Source: a virus. From it: 64,000 nt of DNA. The stretch is taken from positions 32,001 to 96,000 of the IMG/VR virus record IMGVR_UViG_3300032246_001180; one strand, written 5' to 3'. Shown here one piece after another: positions 56,073 to 64,000 of this stretch (its first letter is position 1; every line of letters begins with the position of its first letter). The notes under the pieces are model-generated. The model saw only the letters and a list, made by a program, of their open reading frames with translations, had not been told where the DNA came from and did no database searches. A program made the translations under genes and the position numbers.

Positions 56073-56518
56073 CTTGGACATATAAAGACAAAGACTTTAC
56101 AGAAGATTTAATTGGTGACAATTATGGATTCGTGTATGAGATAACCAATGTTATCAATAACAAAAAGTACATAGGTAAAAAATTATTCTATTCATCCAAA
56201 ACTAAACAGGTTAAAGGTAAAAAGAAAAGATATAAAGTATTGAGTGATTGGCAAACTTATTATGGAAGTAGTGCCGAATTAAGCAAAGATGTGTTATCAT
56301 TAGGCCACGAAAAGTTCGAAAGAAAAATAATTCATTTATGCCAATCAAAAGGCGAGTGCAGTTATTTGGAAGCTAAAGAACAATTTGCAAACTGTGTTAT
56401 GGAAAGAGAAGATTACTATAACACATGGATTATGGTCAGAGTAAGAAAATCACACATTAAGGATTACAATGCTAGATTACTTAAGGGAAATACGGCAAGA
56501 ACAGGACAAACCGTTTGA
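56063..56518 (+). CDS. GIY-YIG family endonuclease-like protein
   Basis: GFVYEITN...KKYIGKK, Y.GSS, YYN. Confidence 0.8.
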   Translation: MGLTWTYKDKDFTEDLIGDNYGFVYEITNVINNKKYIGKKLFYSSKTKQVKGKKKRYKVLSDWQTYYGSSAELSKDVLSLGHEKFERKIIHLCQSKGECSYLEAKEQFANCVMEREDYYNTWIMVRVRKSHIKDYNARLLKGNTARTGQTV

Positions 56519-56828
56519 TTTCCTGACGTTCACTTCAGGTGATAACGGAGAATCATTAAGTATAATTGGCAACGAATATGCTGAACCTGGTGAACCAGTT
56601 GGAACTACAGCAGTTGGTCCTCAATATCATATCATACTATTCAAAGACCATCCAACAGATATGGAGAAGTTTTATGATGTTGATACTTTTGATGCTATAC
56701 TTGCCGATCCATGGGAATATATTTCTGGATTAATACCAGCAGGATTTTATGGTGTAATTGCACGGAAAACTACCACTTCTGAACCTATTGTGAAAAAACT
56801 GCTTGCCGACATTCAAAAAGTGTGTTAA
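56469..56828 (+). CDS. hypothetical protein
   Basis: AAGGA RBS. Confidence 0.6.
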   Translation: MLDYLREIRQEQDKPFDFLTFTSGDNGESLSIIGNEYAEPGEPVGTTAVGPQYHIILFKDHPTDMEKFYDVDTFDAILADPWEYISGLIPAGFYGVIARKTTTSEPIVKKLLADIQKVC

Positions 56829-56860
56829 GATAGAGTCTTTGAAACTATAGAAAGTTTGTT

Positions 56861-57712
56861 ATGATTTTGGTAGATTTGAATCAGGTATTGTTATCTGGCC
56901 TTATGGCACAGATTGCAAACCAAAAAGGTGTAAAGTTGGAAGAAAACCTAGTGCGTCATATGATACTCAATATCATTCGTATGCACATTAGGAATTTCCG
57001 TAAAGACTATGGTGAAGTTGTTCTCTGTTGCGACAATCGTAAATATTGGCGTAAAGAATTCTTTTCATTCTACAAAGCTAACCGCAAGAAAAACCGTGAA
57101 AAATCCGATTTGGATTGGCATATGATTTTTGATATGTTGGCTAAATTCAAACTTGAACTCAAAGAAAATTTTCCATACAAAGTGGTAGATGTTGAGAGTG
57201 CTGAAGCCGATGACATTATTGGTACACTTGTACCTATCTATGCACCAACTGAAAAGATTTTGATTCTATCAAGTGATGGAGATTTTCTCCAACTACAGAT
57301 GTATGGTGATAATGTCAAACAATACAACCCATCACAAAAGAAGTTTGTAACCTCTCCTAATCCAATCCTAGACCTCAAGGAAAAGATTATCCGTGGCGAC
57401 AAAGGCGATGGCATTCCAAATATCTTCTCACCACCTGATTGTTTTGTCAATGATATGCGGCAAAAACCAATCACACAAAAAATAATCGATAAGTACCTGA
57501 ATGAATCTCCAGACGCATGGGGTGATTCAGCCGCACTTACTGGATTTTCACGAAATGAAACTCTTATTGATTTGCGATTTATACCGTCTGAGGTCAAACA
57601 AAGAATTATAAATACATATGATAATTTAGTACCAGCATCGAAACACCAGATGTTGAATTACTTTATCGAACATAAACTTAAAAATCTAATGGAAGTGATT
57701 GAGGAATTCTAA
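56861..57712 (+). CDS. rnh: T4 RNase H (5'-3' exonuclease)
   Basis: ILVD, YWR, YKANR, EADDII, SSDGDF.QL, GDKGDGIPN; promoter TTGCCG-17-TAAGAT upstream. Confidence 0.93.
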   Translation: MILVDLNQVLLSGLMAQIANQKGVKLEENLVRHMILNIIRMHIRNFRKDYGEVVLCCDNRKYWRKEFFSFYKANRKKNREKSDLDWHMIFDMLAKFKLELKENFPYKVVDVESAEADDIIGTLVPIYAPTEKILILSSDGDFLQLQMYGDNVKQYNPSQKKFVTSPNPILDLKEKIIRGDKGDGIPNIFSPPDCFVNDMRQKPITQKIIDKYLNESPDAWGDSAALTGFSRNETLIDLRFIPSEVKQRIINTYDNLVPASKHQMLNYFIEHKLKNLMEVIEEF

Positions 57713-58134
57713 TGAAAAATATCTATGAAGTGTTTGATGAATTTGAACAAGCTAAGTCTAAGAAAGACAGAGTGGCCGTTATTGAAAAGAATCTTTCGAA
57801 GACTCTAGTTCAAGTTTTGGAGTATACTTTTCATCCATCTTATCAATGGAAAATAAAAGAAATGCCAGATAATTATAAAATTCCCGATACACCTCCTGGT
57901 TTATCACGTTGTCAGTTATCAACTGAAATCAGAAAACTCTATCTCTTTCAAGATGGACACCCATCATCAGAAACACTATCACAAAGAAAACGTGATGAGC
58001 TGTTTATTCAATTAATCGAATCACTCGAGCCCCGTGAAGCCGAAGTAGTTATCGGCATCTTCCAAAAAGACCAAGGAGTTAAAGGTTTGGATTATAAATT
58101 CGTAAAAGAGGCATTTCCGCAACTTTTACCTTAA
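57712..58134 (+). CDS. conserved T4-like hypothetical protein
   Basis: FIQL.E.L.P.EA; TATAAATA at 57607. Confidence 0.7.
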   Translation: MKNIYEVFDEFEQAKSKKDRVAVIEKNLSKTLVQVLEYTFHPSYQWKIKEMPDNYKIPDTPPGLSRCQLSTEIRKLYLFQDGHPSSETLSQRKRDELFIQLIESLEPREAEVVIGIFQKDQGVKGLDYKFVKEAFPQLLP

Positions 58135-58140
58135 TACTCA

Positions 58141-58512
58141 ATGCCACCTAAAGATGAAATAATAATTACTACAGGTGAATTTGATCCTTTACATTATGAT
58201 GAGTTACGATATTTACAGAAATGCCGCTCTAAAGGTAGTTGGTTAATCGTGGGAATACATTCAGACTGGTATATGCAATACGCTCGTGGTGGATTCATGC
58301 AGAATCATTTTGAACGCAGCGAAATAGTTAAAAACTTAAATTGTGTAGATGAGGTTTTTGAATTCAACGACCAAGATGGTACCATATGTCATTTACTTAG
58401 AATTGTAAAATTTTGTTATCCAAATGCAGATATGACTTACATATCTCCAGAGGATATGGATAATATGCCTGAAACTAGGATTAAAGGCATTAAATTTGAA
58501 ACCATGAGATAG
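58141..58512 (+). CDS. degenerate cytidylyltransferase-like protein
   Basis: GEFDPLH (HxGH replaced by HYDE), VGIHSD, ER, VDEV. Confidence 0.65.
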   Translation: MPPKDEIIITTGEFDPLHYDELRYLQKCRSKGSWLIVGIHSDWYMQYARGGFMQNHFERSEIVKNLNCVDEVFEFNDQDGTICHLLRIVKFCYPNADMTYISPEDMDNMPETRIKGIKFETMR

Positions 58513-58523
58513 GAGATTTAGAA

Positions 58524-58703
58524 GTGTCCAAGTTTGTTGGAAAGTTTAGAAAACAAAAAGATTATATGGATGATTATGAATTGTCAAAGAATGTCTTCCA
58601 TAAAAAGAAAAAAAATGAAAATGGTGAAATTAAAAAATTGATACGAATGTGTCAAGATGAAGATTATCATTACGATGAGAGAAAGAAATATCGGAAACAC
58701 TAA
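58524..58703 (+). CDS. small basic hypothetical protein (GTG start)
   Basis: AGGAG RBS; MSKFVGKFRK... Confidence 0.55.
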   Translation: MSKFVGKFRKQKDYMDDYELSKNVFHKKKKNENGEIKKLIRMCQDEDYHYDERKKYRKH

Positions 58704-58720
58704 TTCATAAAGGAATTTTA

Positions 58721-59482
58721 ATGGCAAGAACCGCTGCAGTAAAAAAAGTAAATGATACACATGAAGAACGTGAATCAAAACCAATTGCATCAAATCAACT
58801 TAGGATAAAATTAGATAATTTAAAAACGTTCCAACCATTAACAAGCAATCAAAAGAAATTCTTTGATGCCTATAAACAAGGCGACTATTTTATAGCATTA
58901 CATGGCGTTGCTGGTACAGGTAAAACCTTTATTGCTTTATACAAAGCAATAGAAGAAGTGTTAGATAAATCAAATCCATTCAATAAGATTATTGTTGTTC
59001 GTTCAGCAGTTCAATCCCGTGAAATAGGTCATCTTCCTGGTGATGTTGGTGAAAAAATGGAAATCTATGAACAACCATATCGTCAAATTTGCCATCAGTT
59101 ATTTGACCGTAAAGATGCTTGGGATAGATTAGAAGAACAAGGACATATTCAATTTATTTCTACATCTTTTATCCGTGGTATGTCGTTTGATAACGCAATC
59201 ATCCTTGTTGATGAAATGCAAAACTTGAATTATGAAGAAATTGATACTGTTATGACCCGTGTTGGTCATATGTCAAAAATTATTTGGTGTGGTGATTATA
59301 GACAGACAGATTTAACCAAGAGAAGAACCGATGTTACTGGTATTCTAAAATTCTTTGATATTGCTCAACATATGAAGGCTTTTACAAGAGTTGAATTTAC
59401 ACCTGATGACATTGTTCGTTCATCATTGGTCAAAGATTATATTCTTGCCAAATTAAAATATGAAGATTTAATAGAAAAATAA
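58721..59482 (+). CDS. phoH: PhoH-family ATPase
   Basis: GVAGTGKT, GHLPG, RGMSF, DEMQN, GD..QTD, VRS. Confidence 0.93.
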   Translation: MARTAAVKKVNDTHEERESKPIASNQLRIKLDNLKTFQPLTSNQKKFFDAYKQGDYFIALHGVAGTGKTFIALYKAIEEVLDKSNPFNKIIVVRSAVQSREIGHLPGDVGEKMEIYEQPYRQICHQLFDRKDAWDRLEEQGHIQFISTSFIRGMSFDNAIILVDEMQNLNYEEIDTVMTRVGHMSKIIWCGDYRQTDLTKRRTDVTGILKFFDIAQHMKAFTRVEFTPDDIVRSSLVKDYILAKLKYEDLIEK

Positions 59483-59560
59483 AAAACACCACTTTTGGTG
59501 TCAACCTAAAATCATATCATGCGTTAAGCTTATGTGTGATTTTGATATAATGGAATAAGT

Positions 59561-60289
59561 ATGTTTGATATTATAATGAAACCAAGTACAGTCCACGTGG
59601 ATTGTTTTACTAATTTGGGTGTTGCATATAACTATGCAAAAATTGATTACGCAAGTAATTTTTATCCTGAATGGTGGAAAAAACTAAGTAAAGAAACTTT
59701 TCCTCCACCAAGAAGGGTTCCAGCACCCACAATGAAAACGTGTCAAGGTATTATTAATTTATATCAAAATAATTTAATTATGCCTATGTGGACCGATACA
59801 ATCGTTCAAACCACAGAAAATAGCATAGATGTTCAATTTGCTGAACAATGGGTTTGGGACCAACATCCATATGAACAGAGAGAGGGATATTTAAAAGCTT
59901 ATCATCACGCAAAGATACGTTCTCCTTGGTTATTTAAATCAAAAAAAGAAATATATTGGTCATTTCAAAAACCAATGTATAATTTTGATAATCCTTTAGA
60001 ATATATTATTTTTGATGGAGTTGTGGACTTTAAATACCAATACACAACAAATATTAACATGGCTTTTAAGAAGTTGAACAAACAAACAAAAATTCCATTT
60101 AAACAACCTTTACTTTTAATGACTCCTCACACAGAAAAAAGATTAGTGTTTAAAAATCATTTTTTAAGTAAAGAAGAATTTTTAAATTTAGCGGAAGATG
60201 GTGGTGGTACTACCACATTTGTTAATAAGTATCTCACAAACAAAAAAATCAAACAATCACAAGAAAAGAAGTGTCCATTTCACTTTTAA
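59561..60289 (+). CDS. hypothetical protein
   Basis: PEWWK, TMKTC.G, SPW, KCPF motifs. Confidence 0.65.
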   Translation: MFDIIMKPSTVHVDCFTNLGVAYNYAKIDYASNFYPEWWKKLSKETFPPPRRVPAPTMKTCQGIINLYQNNLIMPMWTDTIVQTTENSIDVQFAEQWVWDQHPYEQREGYLKAYHHAKIRSPWLFKSKKEIYWSFQKPMYNFDNPLEYIIFDGVVDFKYQYTTNINMAFKKLNKQTKIPFKQPLLLMTPHTEKRLVFKNHFLSKEEFLNLAEDGGGTTTFVNKYLTNKKIKQSQEKKCPFHF

Positions 60290-60291
60290 GG

Positions 60292-60327
60292 AAAAACGAC
60301 ACACCAGGATCAACGGTGGCCAATTTT
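60292..60327 (-). repeat. 36-bp hairpin/T-tract element, copy 2 (inverted)
   Basis: 34/36 identity to 1402-1437. Confidence 0.85.
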
Positions 60328-60361
60328 CTTTAAGTGGTTGATACACCGATATCACTTATTT

Positions 60362-60423
60362 TGTTGTTTTTATGCAACAAAACCAAAATAACGCTTGACT
60401 CCTGACTAAAACTATGAGATAAT
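60362..60423 (+). promoter_or_regulatory. palindrome plus sigma70-type (early) promoter
   Basis: TGTTGT-N6-GCAACA, 15 nt, TTGACT-17-(TG.)GATAAT. Confidence 0.75.
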
Positions 60424-60450
60424 GATATCTCTTGAATGGAGATTTAATCA

Positions 60451-60837
60451 ATGATAGTTTATGGTCATATTCCAAAATCCAAAAAACGTAAAGTTCCAAA
60501 AGCTTTGAAAAAAGAACACGATGAATGGTTAGCTTCTGTACAGAAAATGACCACCAACTTTGGAAAAACTAAATCCACGCAAATTTCTAAAAGTGTTCCA
60601 TTACCTAAGGTGCCTCCTGGTCGTGAAACGCCATATTACGCTTCCTTGGATACAGGTTTTACAGGAACTTTGACAAAAGTTGGGATTATGAAGGATTATC
60701 ATAAAATGTCAAAGGAAGATAGAGCAAAAGTTGATGAAATTAACGCTTGTGTTGCTCCTTTACACAAAAGCAATTATGTGTATGTTTCTCCAGGTATGAA
60801 TCCTGCCGGATTTGGCAGAAAAAATGAAGTTCTTTGA
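60451..60837 (+). CDS. hypothetical protein
   Basis: GGAG RBS, PLHKSNY. Confidence 0.7.
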   Translation: MIVYGHIPKSKKRKVPKALKKEHDEWLASVQKMTTNFGKTKSTQISKSVPLPKVPPGRETPYYASLDTGFTGTLTKVGIMKDYHKMSKEDRAKVDEINACVAPLHKSNYVYVSPGMNPAGFGRKNEVL

Positions 60838-60852
60838 AAGGAATATTAAATA

Positions 60853-61041
60853 ATGTATGCACCACACGAAGAAACGCAAATTTTGCGAGGAATTGATGAA
60901 ATTATGTTCAATTTACGTCATGTACCAGTTGATGATGTAGCACATTTTCTTGTAAAATTCAATCCGAAACTTGCAGAAGAGCTTGCAACAGCAATTTCTT
61001 TTCAAATTTTCGATAAAAACGAAGGGAAAAATCATGAGTAA
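60853..61041 (+). CDS. hypothetical protein
   Basis: AAGGA RBS. Confidence 0.6.
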   Translation: MYAPHEETQILRGIDEIMFNLRHVPVDDVAHFLVKFNPKLAEELATAISFQIFDKNEGKNHE

Positions 61042-61207
61042 TAGCAATAAAGAAGAAAATTACTATCTTTGGCTCGATGCTAAGGCGGATGACGAAGAAA
61101 TTCCTGCTTGGAAACGCTTAGACATTGTAACTCGTAAATGGGCAGCTTTATCGGGAATGGAAAAAGACCTTTCCGACTACGCAAAAATGAAAGAAATGTA
61201 TCAATGA
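61034..61207 (+). CDS. hypothetical protein
   Basis: coupled ORF. Confidence 0.55.
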   Translation: MSNSNKEENYYLWLDAKADDEEIPAWKRLDIVTRKWAALSGMEKDLSDYAKMKEMYQ

Positions 61208-61404
61208 GTCGTAATTTGAGAAAAACAACTTATTCCTCTATTGTTGAAGATGCTGGCGATGGAAGCGGAGATGCAATTTTAACTATTCCTCCAGAAATCT
61301 TAGAACAGACACAATGGAAAGAAGGAACAGTTTTAAATATTTCCATGGATAACATGGGAAGAATCATTCTTAAAGAGGTTGGCAAACCTCCTGTTGTTGT
61401 ATAA
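61204..61404 (+). CDS. AbrB/MazE/SpoVT-like DNA-binding protein
   Basis: GDAILTIPPEIL....WKEGTVL.I.....IILK. Confidence 0.7.
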   Translation: MSRNLRKTTYSSIVEDAGDGSGDAILTIPPEILEQTQWKEGTVLNISMDNMGRIILKEVGKPPVVV

Positions 61405-61456
61405 AAACAACAACTTGAAAATATCGCTTGACTATATTATGGAAGTATGAGATAAT
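61395..61456 (+). promoter_or_regulatory. palindrome plus sigma70-type (early) promoter
   Basis: TGTTGT-ATAAAA-ACAACA, 15 nt, TTGACT-17-(TG.)GATAAT. Confidence 0.75.
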
Positions 61457-61479
61457 ACTTGTATTAACTCGGAGAAAAC

Positions 61480-63639
61480 ATGGAACTCATTCAAACTAAG
61501 TCTTTACTTGCCAAACTAATGGCAACTGAAAATCTAATTGTTGAACAACGTAAAGTTGCCACAGCATCCTTTGATGTTGCAAAACGTGTATTGACTGTAC
61601 CTGTGCTGGACAGGAATCTTTCACCATATCTTTATGATATGTTTATGGGTCATGAGGTTGGCCACGCATTGGAAACTCCCGAAGCAGGCATGAAAAAGGC
61701 ATTCGAAATGAAGATTCCTATGTCGATTATGAACGTGCTTGAAGATGTTCGTATTGAAAGAAAAATCAAAAACAAATATCCAGGTCTCCGCACCTCCTTT
61801 GTCAAAGGTTATCGTGAACTAATTGAAAAAGATTTCTTTGGTACAAACGGAGCAGACCTTAATGATATGAATTTTCTTGACCGCCTGAATCTCTATGCAA
61901 AAGGCGGTGCTGCTCAAGGCATCAAATTTACAGACGAAGAAAAAGTAATTCTACTCAAGACCGAAAAAACAGAATCTTATGATGATGTTATCAAACTCGC
62001 TCAAGAAGTTATGAAATACTTGAAAGAAGAAGAAGAAGAAAAAAAGAAAAAACGTGGCGTTAACTTTGAAGAAGATGACGAAGATGAAGAAAACGGTGAT
62101 GATGATTGGTCTTTCCTTGATAACGAAGAATATGACCGTGATGAAGAATGGGATGACCGTGAAGAAAAATCCGAGTTTGATTCGGAAGATAACAAAAAAG
62201 AAAAATCTGAAGATGACGTAAAGAACAAAGGTTCTGCTCCATCCGAAGGTCAGAGATCCGAAGAAGACATTTTCAAATCACATACTGATGACAACTATCG
62301 CAAAAATGAATCCAAACTTTTTGCTTCAGAACCAGGTTCTTACTATTACGGCAATATTCCAAATATTGATTTGAATCGCATGATTGTATCACACAAGGTT
62401 CTTTGGAAACGATATCGTAGTGATGTAATGGAACAATTCTCACATTGTGAAGTTCCATCATCGAAAGGTATCGATACTGAAAGCTTTCTAAAAACTCGTA
62501 ATGATGCTAAAAAAGTTGTTGGTTATTTGGCCAAAGAATTCGAATTGCGTAAAAATGCCGACCAGCTAAAACGTGCATCCGAATCAAAGACTGGTGAATT
62601 GAATATGAGTAAAATATTCTCATATAAATTTTCTGAAGATATCTTTAAAAAGATGACGATTATTCCTGATGGAAAATCTCATGGCTTGGTTATGTTCATT
62701 GATTGGTCTGGTTCAATGTTTGACAACCTGGAAAACACCATCAAACAATTGATTAACTTGGTTATGTTCTGTAAAAAAGTAAATATTCCATACGATGTTT
62801 ATGCTTTCACTTCAGACTATGACGAAGTTGCTGGTCCTGGTTACCGTGTTGCCGAAAAAGAAGGCGATATTTACATGGGTAAACTATATTTGTTGAACTT
62901 GTTCTCAAGTAAAATGAGTGCCAGTGAATTCACTTATGCCGGTTCTGCATTGGTGCAAATGTCCTCATATCGTAGAGGTTATCGTCCTAGTTGGTTCAAC
63001 TTGGGTGGCACACCTTTGAATGAAACTATTATTGCTGCTATGAAGGTTGTGCCTGAATTCCAGAAACAATATAAATTGCAAATTGTAAATACTGTTTTCC
63101 TTACTGATGGTGATGGTCACACTTTGAATAGTGTATATTTCACAGATGATGATGGCCGTTTGTTTACAGGTCAAACAAATGATTACCACGAACCTGGATA
63201 TCGTCATTCTAATAGAAAATTTGTGATGGTTGATCCAGTATCAAAACATCAAGAGTTTTGTGATAATGCAATGGGTCGTAGTTTGACTTCACACTACATC
63301 AAAATGTTAAAACGTAAAACTGGTTGTAACATCGTTGGTTTCTATGTTTTGTCTGGTCGTGAATTTGGTAGAGAAGCAAGAAATTTCTTTCCTGCTATGT
63401 CAGACTTCTTCACATTAAAAGTAAAGTTTCGTAAAGAAAAATGTATGGTTGTTAAATCAGCTGGTTACGATGAATATTATTTGCTCCGTGCGGAAGGCCT
63501 AGATACTGATGAAGATGTGGGTTTTGAAGTTAAAGAAAATGCCACAACCCGTGGCCTTGTATCTGCCTTCAGTAAATATGCAGGCAATCGTTTAAATAAC
63601 CGTGTAGTATTAAATCGTTTTGTGGAGATGATAGCATGA
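61480..63639 (+). CDS. CobT-like peptidase-vWA protein
   Basis: HEVGH, N..ED.RIE, acidic linker, DWSGSM, GTP, LTDG. Confidence 0.85.
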   Translation: MELIQTKSLLAKLMATENLIVEQRKVATASFDVAKRVLTVPVLDRNLSPYLYDMFMGHEVGHALETPEAGMKKAFEMKIPMSIMNVLEDVRIERKIKNKYPGLRTSFVKGYRELIEKDFFGTNGADLNDMNFLDRLNLYAKGGAAQGIKFTDEEKVILLKTEKTESYDDVIKLAQEVMKYLKEEEEEKKKKRGVNFEEDDEDEENGDDDWSFLDNEEYDRDEEWDDREEKSEFDSEDNKKEKSEDDVKNKGSAPSEGQRSEEDIFKSHTDDNYRKNESKLFASEPGSYYYGNIPNIDLNRMIVSHKVLWKRYRSDVMEQFSHCEVPSSKGIDTESFLKTRNDAKKVVGYLAKEFELRKNADQLKRASESKTGELNMSKIFSYKFSEDIFKKMTIIPDGKSHGLVMFIDWSGSMFDNLENTIKQLINLVMFCKKVNIPYDVYAFTSDYDEVAGPGYRVAEKEGDIYMGKLYLLNLFSSKMSASEFTYAGSALVQMSSYRRGYRPSWFNLGGTPLNETIIAAMKVVPEFQKQYKLQIVNTVFLTDGDGHTLNSVYFTDDDGRLFTGQTNDYHEPGYRHSNRKFVMVDPVSKHQEFCDNAMGRSLTSHYIKMLKRKTGCNIVGFYVLSGREFGREARNFFPAMSDFFTLKVKFRKEKCMVVKSAGYDEYYLLRAEGLDTDEDVGFEVKENATTRGLVSAFSKYAGNRLNNRVVLNRFVEMIA

Positions 63640-63857
63640 AAGACGTAGCAACATTTGTAGGTAATAGTGGCGACATTGTGGCCATAATTTATGAGGGTGA
63701 TGGATTCTATAAAGTAAATTATGGATCCGTATTAAAGAGTGATGGTAAACCTGGAATTCCTCTAATGAGTCAGATTTTTAAGACTGAGAGTGATGCAACA
63801 AAATTTGCTGCAGAATACACAAACAAAGGAAACAGTCCCGTATTTTTGAATGAGTGA
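63636..63857 (+). CDS. hypothetical protein
   Basis: coupled ORF with GGAG RBS. Confidence 0.6.
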   Translation: MKDVATFVGNSGDIVAIIYEGDGFYKVNYGSVLKSDGKPGIPLMSQIFKTESDATKFAAEYTNKGNSPVFLNE

Positions 63858-63860
63858 TGT

Positions 63861-64000
63861 ATGAAAAAAAATGATGAAATCCTTTTGATTGCACAAGAAG
63901 AATGTGCAGAAGTAACACAAGCAATTAGTAAAGTATTCCGTTTTGGTATGGATGCAGAACATAATGGTGCAACAAACAAACAAAGGTTAACAGAAGAACT
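63861..64000 (+). CDS. MazG-like NTP pyrophosphatase (partial)
   Basis: QEECAEVTQAISK..RFG...L.EE. Confidence 0.7.
   Translation, partial: MKKNDEILLIAQEECAEVTQAISKVFRFGMDAEHNGATNKQRLTEE

Noticed and set aside
2720-63983. Minus-strand ORFs throughout the window
   Set aside because: All lie antisense to well-supported plus-strand genes, as expected from codon bias

Overview
64-kb segment of a large T4-like (Tevenvirinae-related) phage genome. Essentially all genes are on the + strand. The host is probably a Gram-negative proteobacterium (spanins, GH19 endolysin, LPS-heptose enzymes). Contents: the core replication module (gp45/44/62, regA, gp43, uvsX, gp41, gp61, rnh, thyX, nrdAB, cd), Hsp20/GroES, an ADP-heptose and glycosyl/methyltransferase set, probable capsid-packaged internal proteins, a lysis module, and 26 tRNA genes covering all 20 amino acids (10.2-15.1 kb). 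The main unexplained signal is in that tRNA region. Two unannotated leader-peptide transcription attenuators sit in front of the tRNA genes. One has a Leu-rich leader before two tRNA-Leu genes. The other has an apparently leaderless 47-codon ORF containing all 20 amino acids before the main array. Each leader carries a strand complementary to the 5' arm of a near-identical intrinsic terminator. This suggests the phage senses ribosome stalling or tRNA depletion and switches on its own tRNAs. The array also holds three non-tRNA RNAs closed by related long helices, a degenerate tRNA-Gly-like RNA with its own promoter, and boxA-like antitermination sites. An 18-bp palindrome sits at fixed spacing upstream of several sigma70-type promoters. 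All calls were made by eye; no database searches were run.
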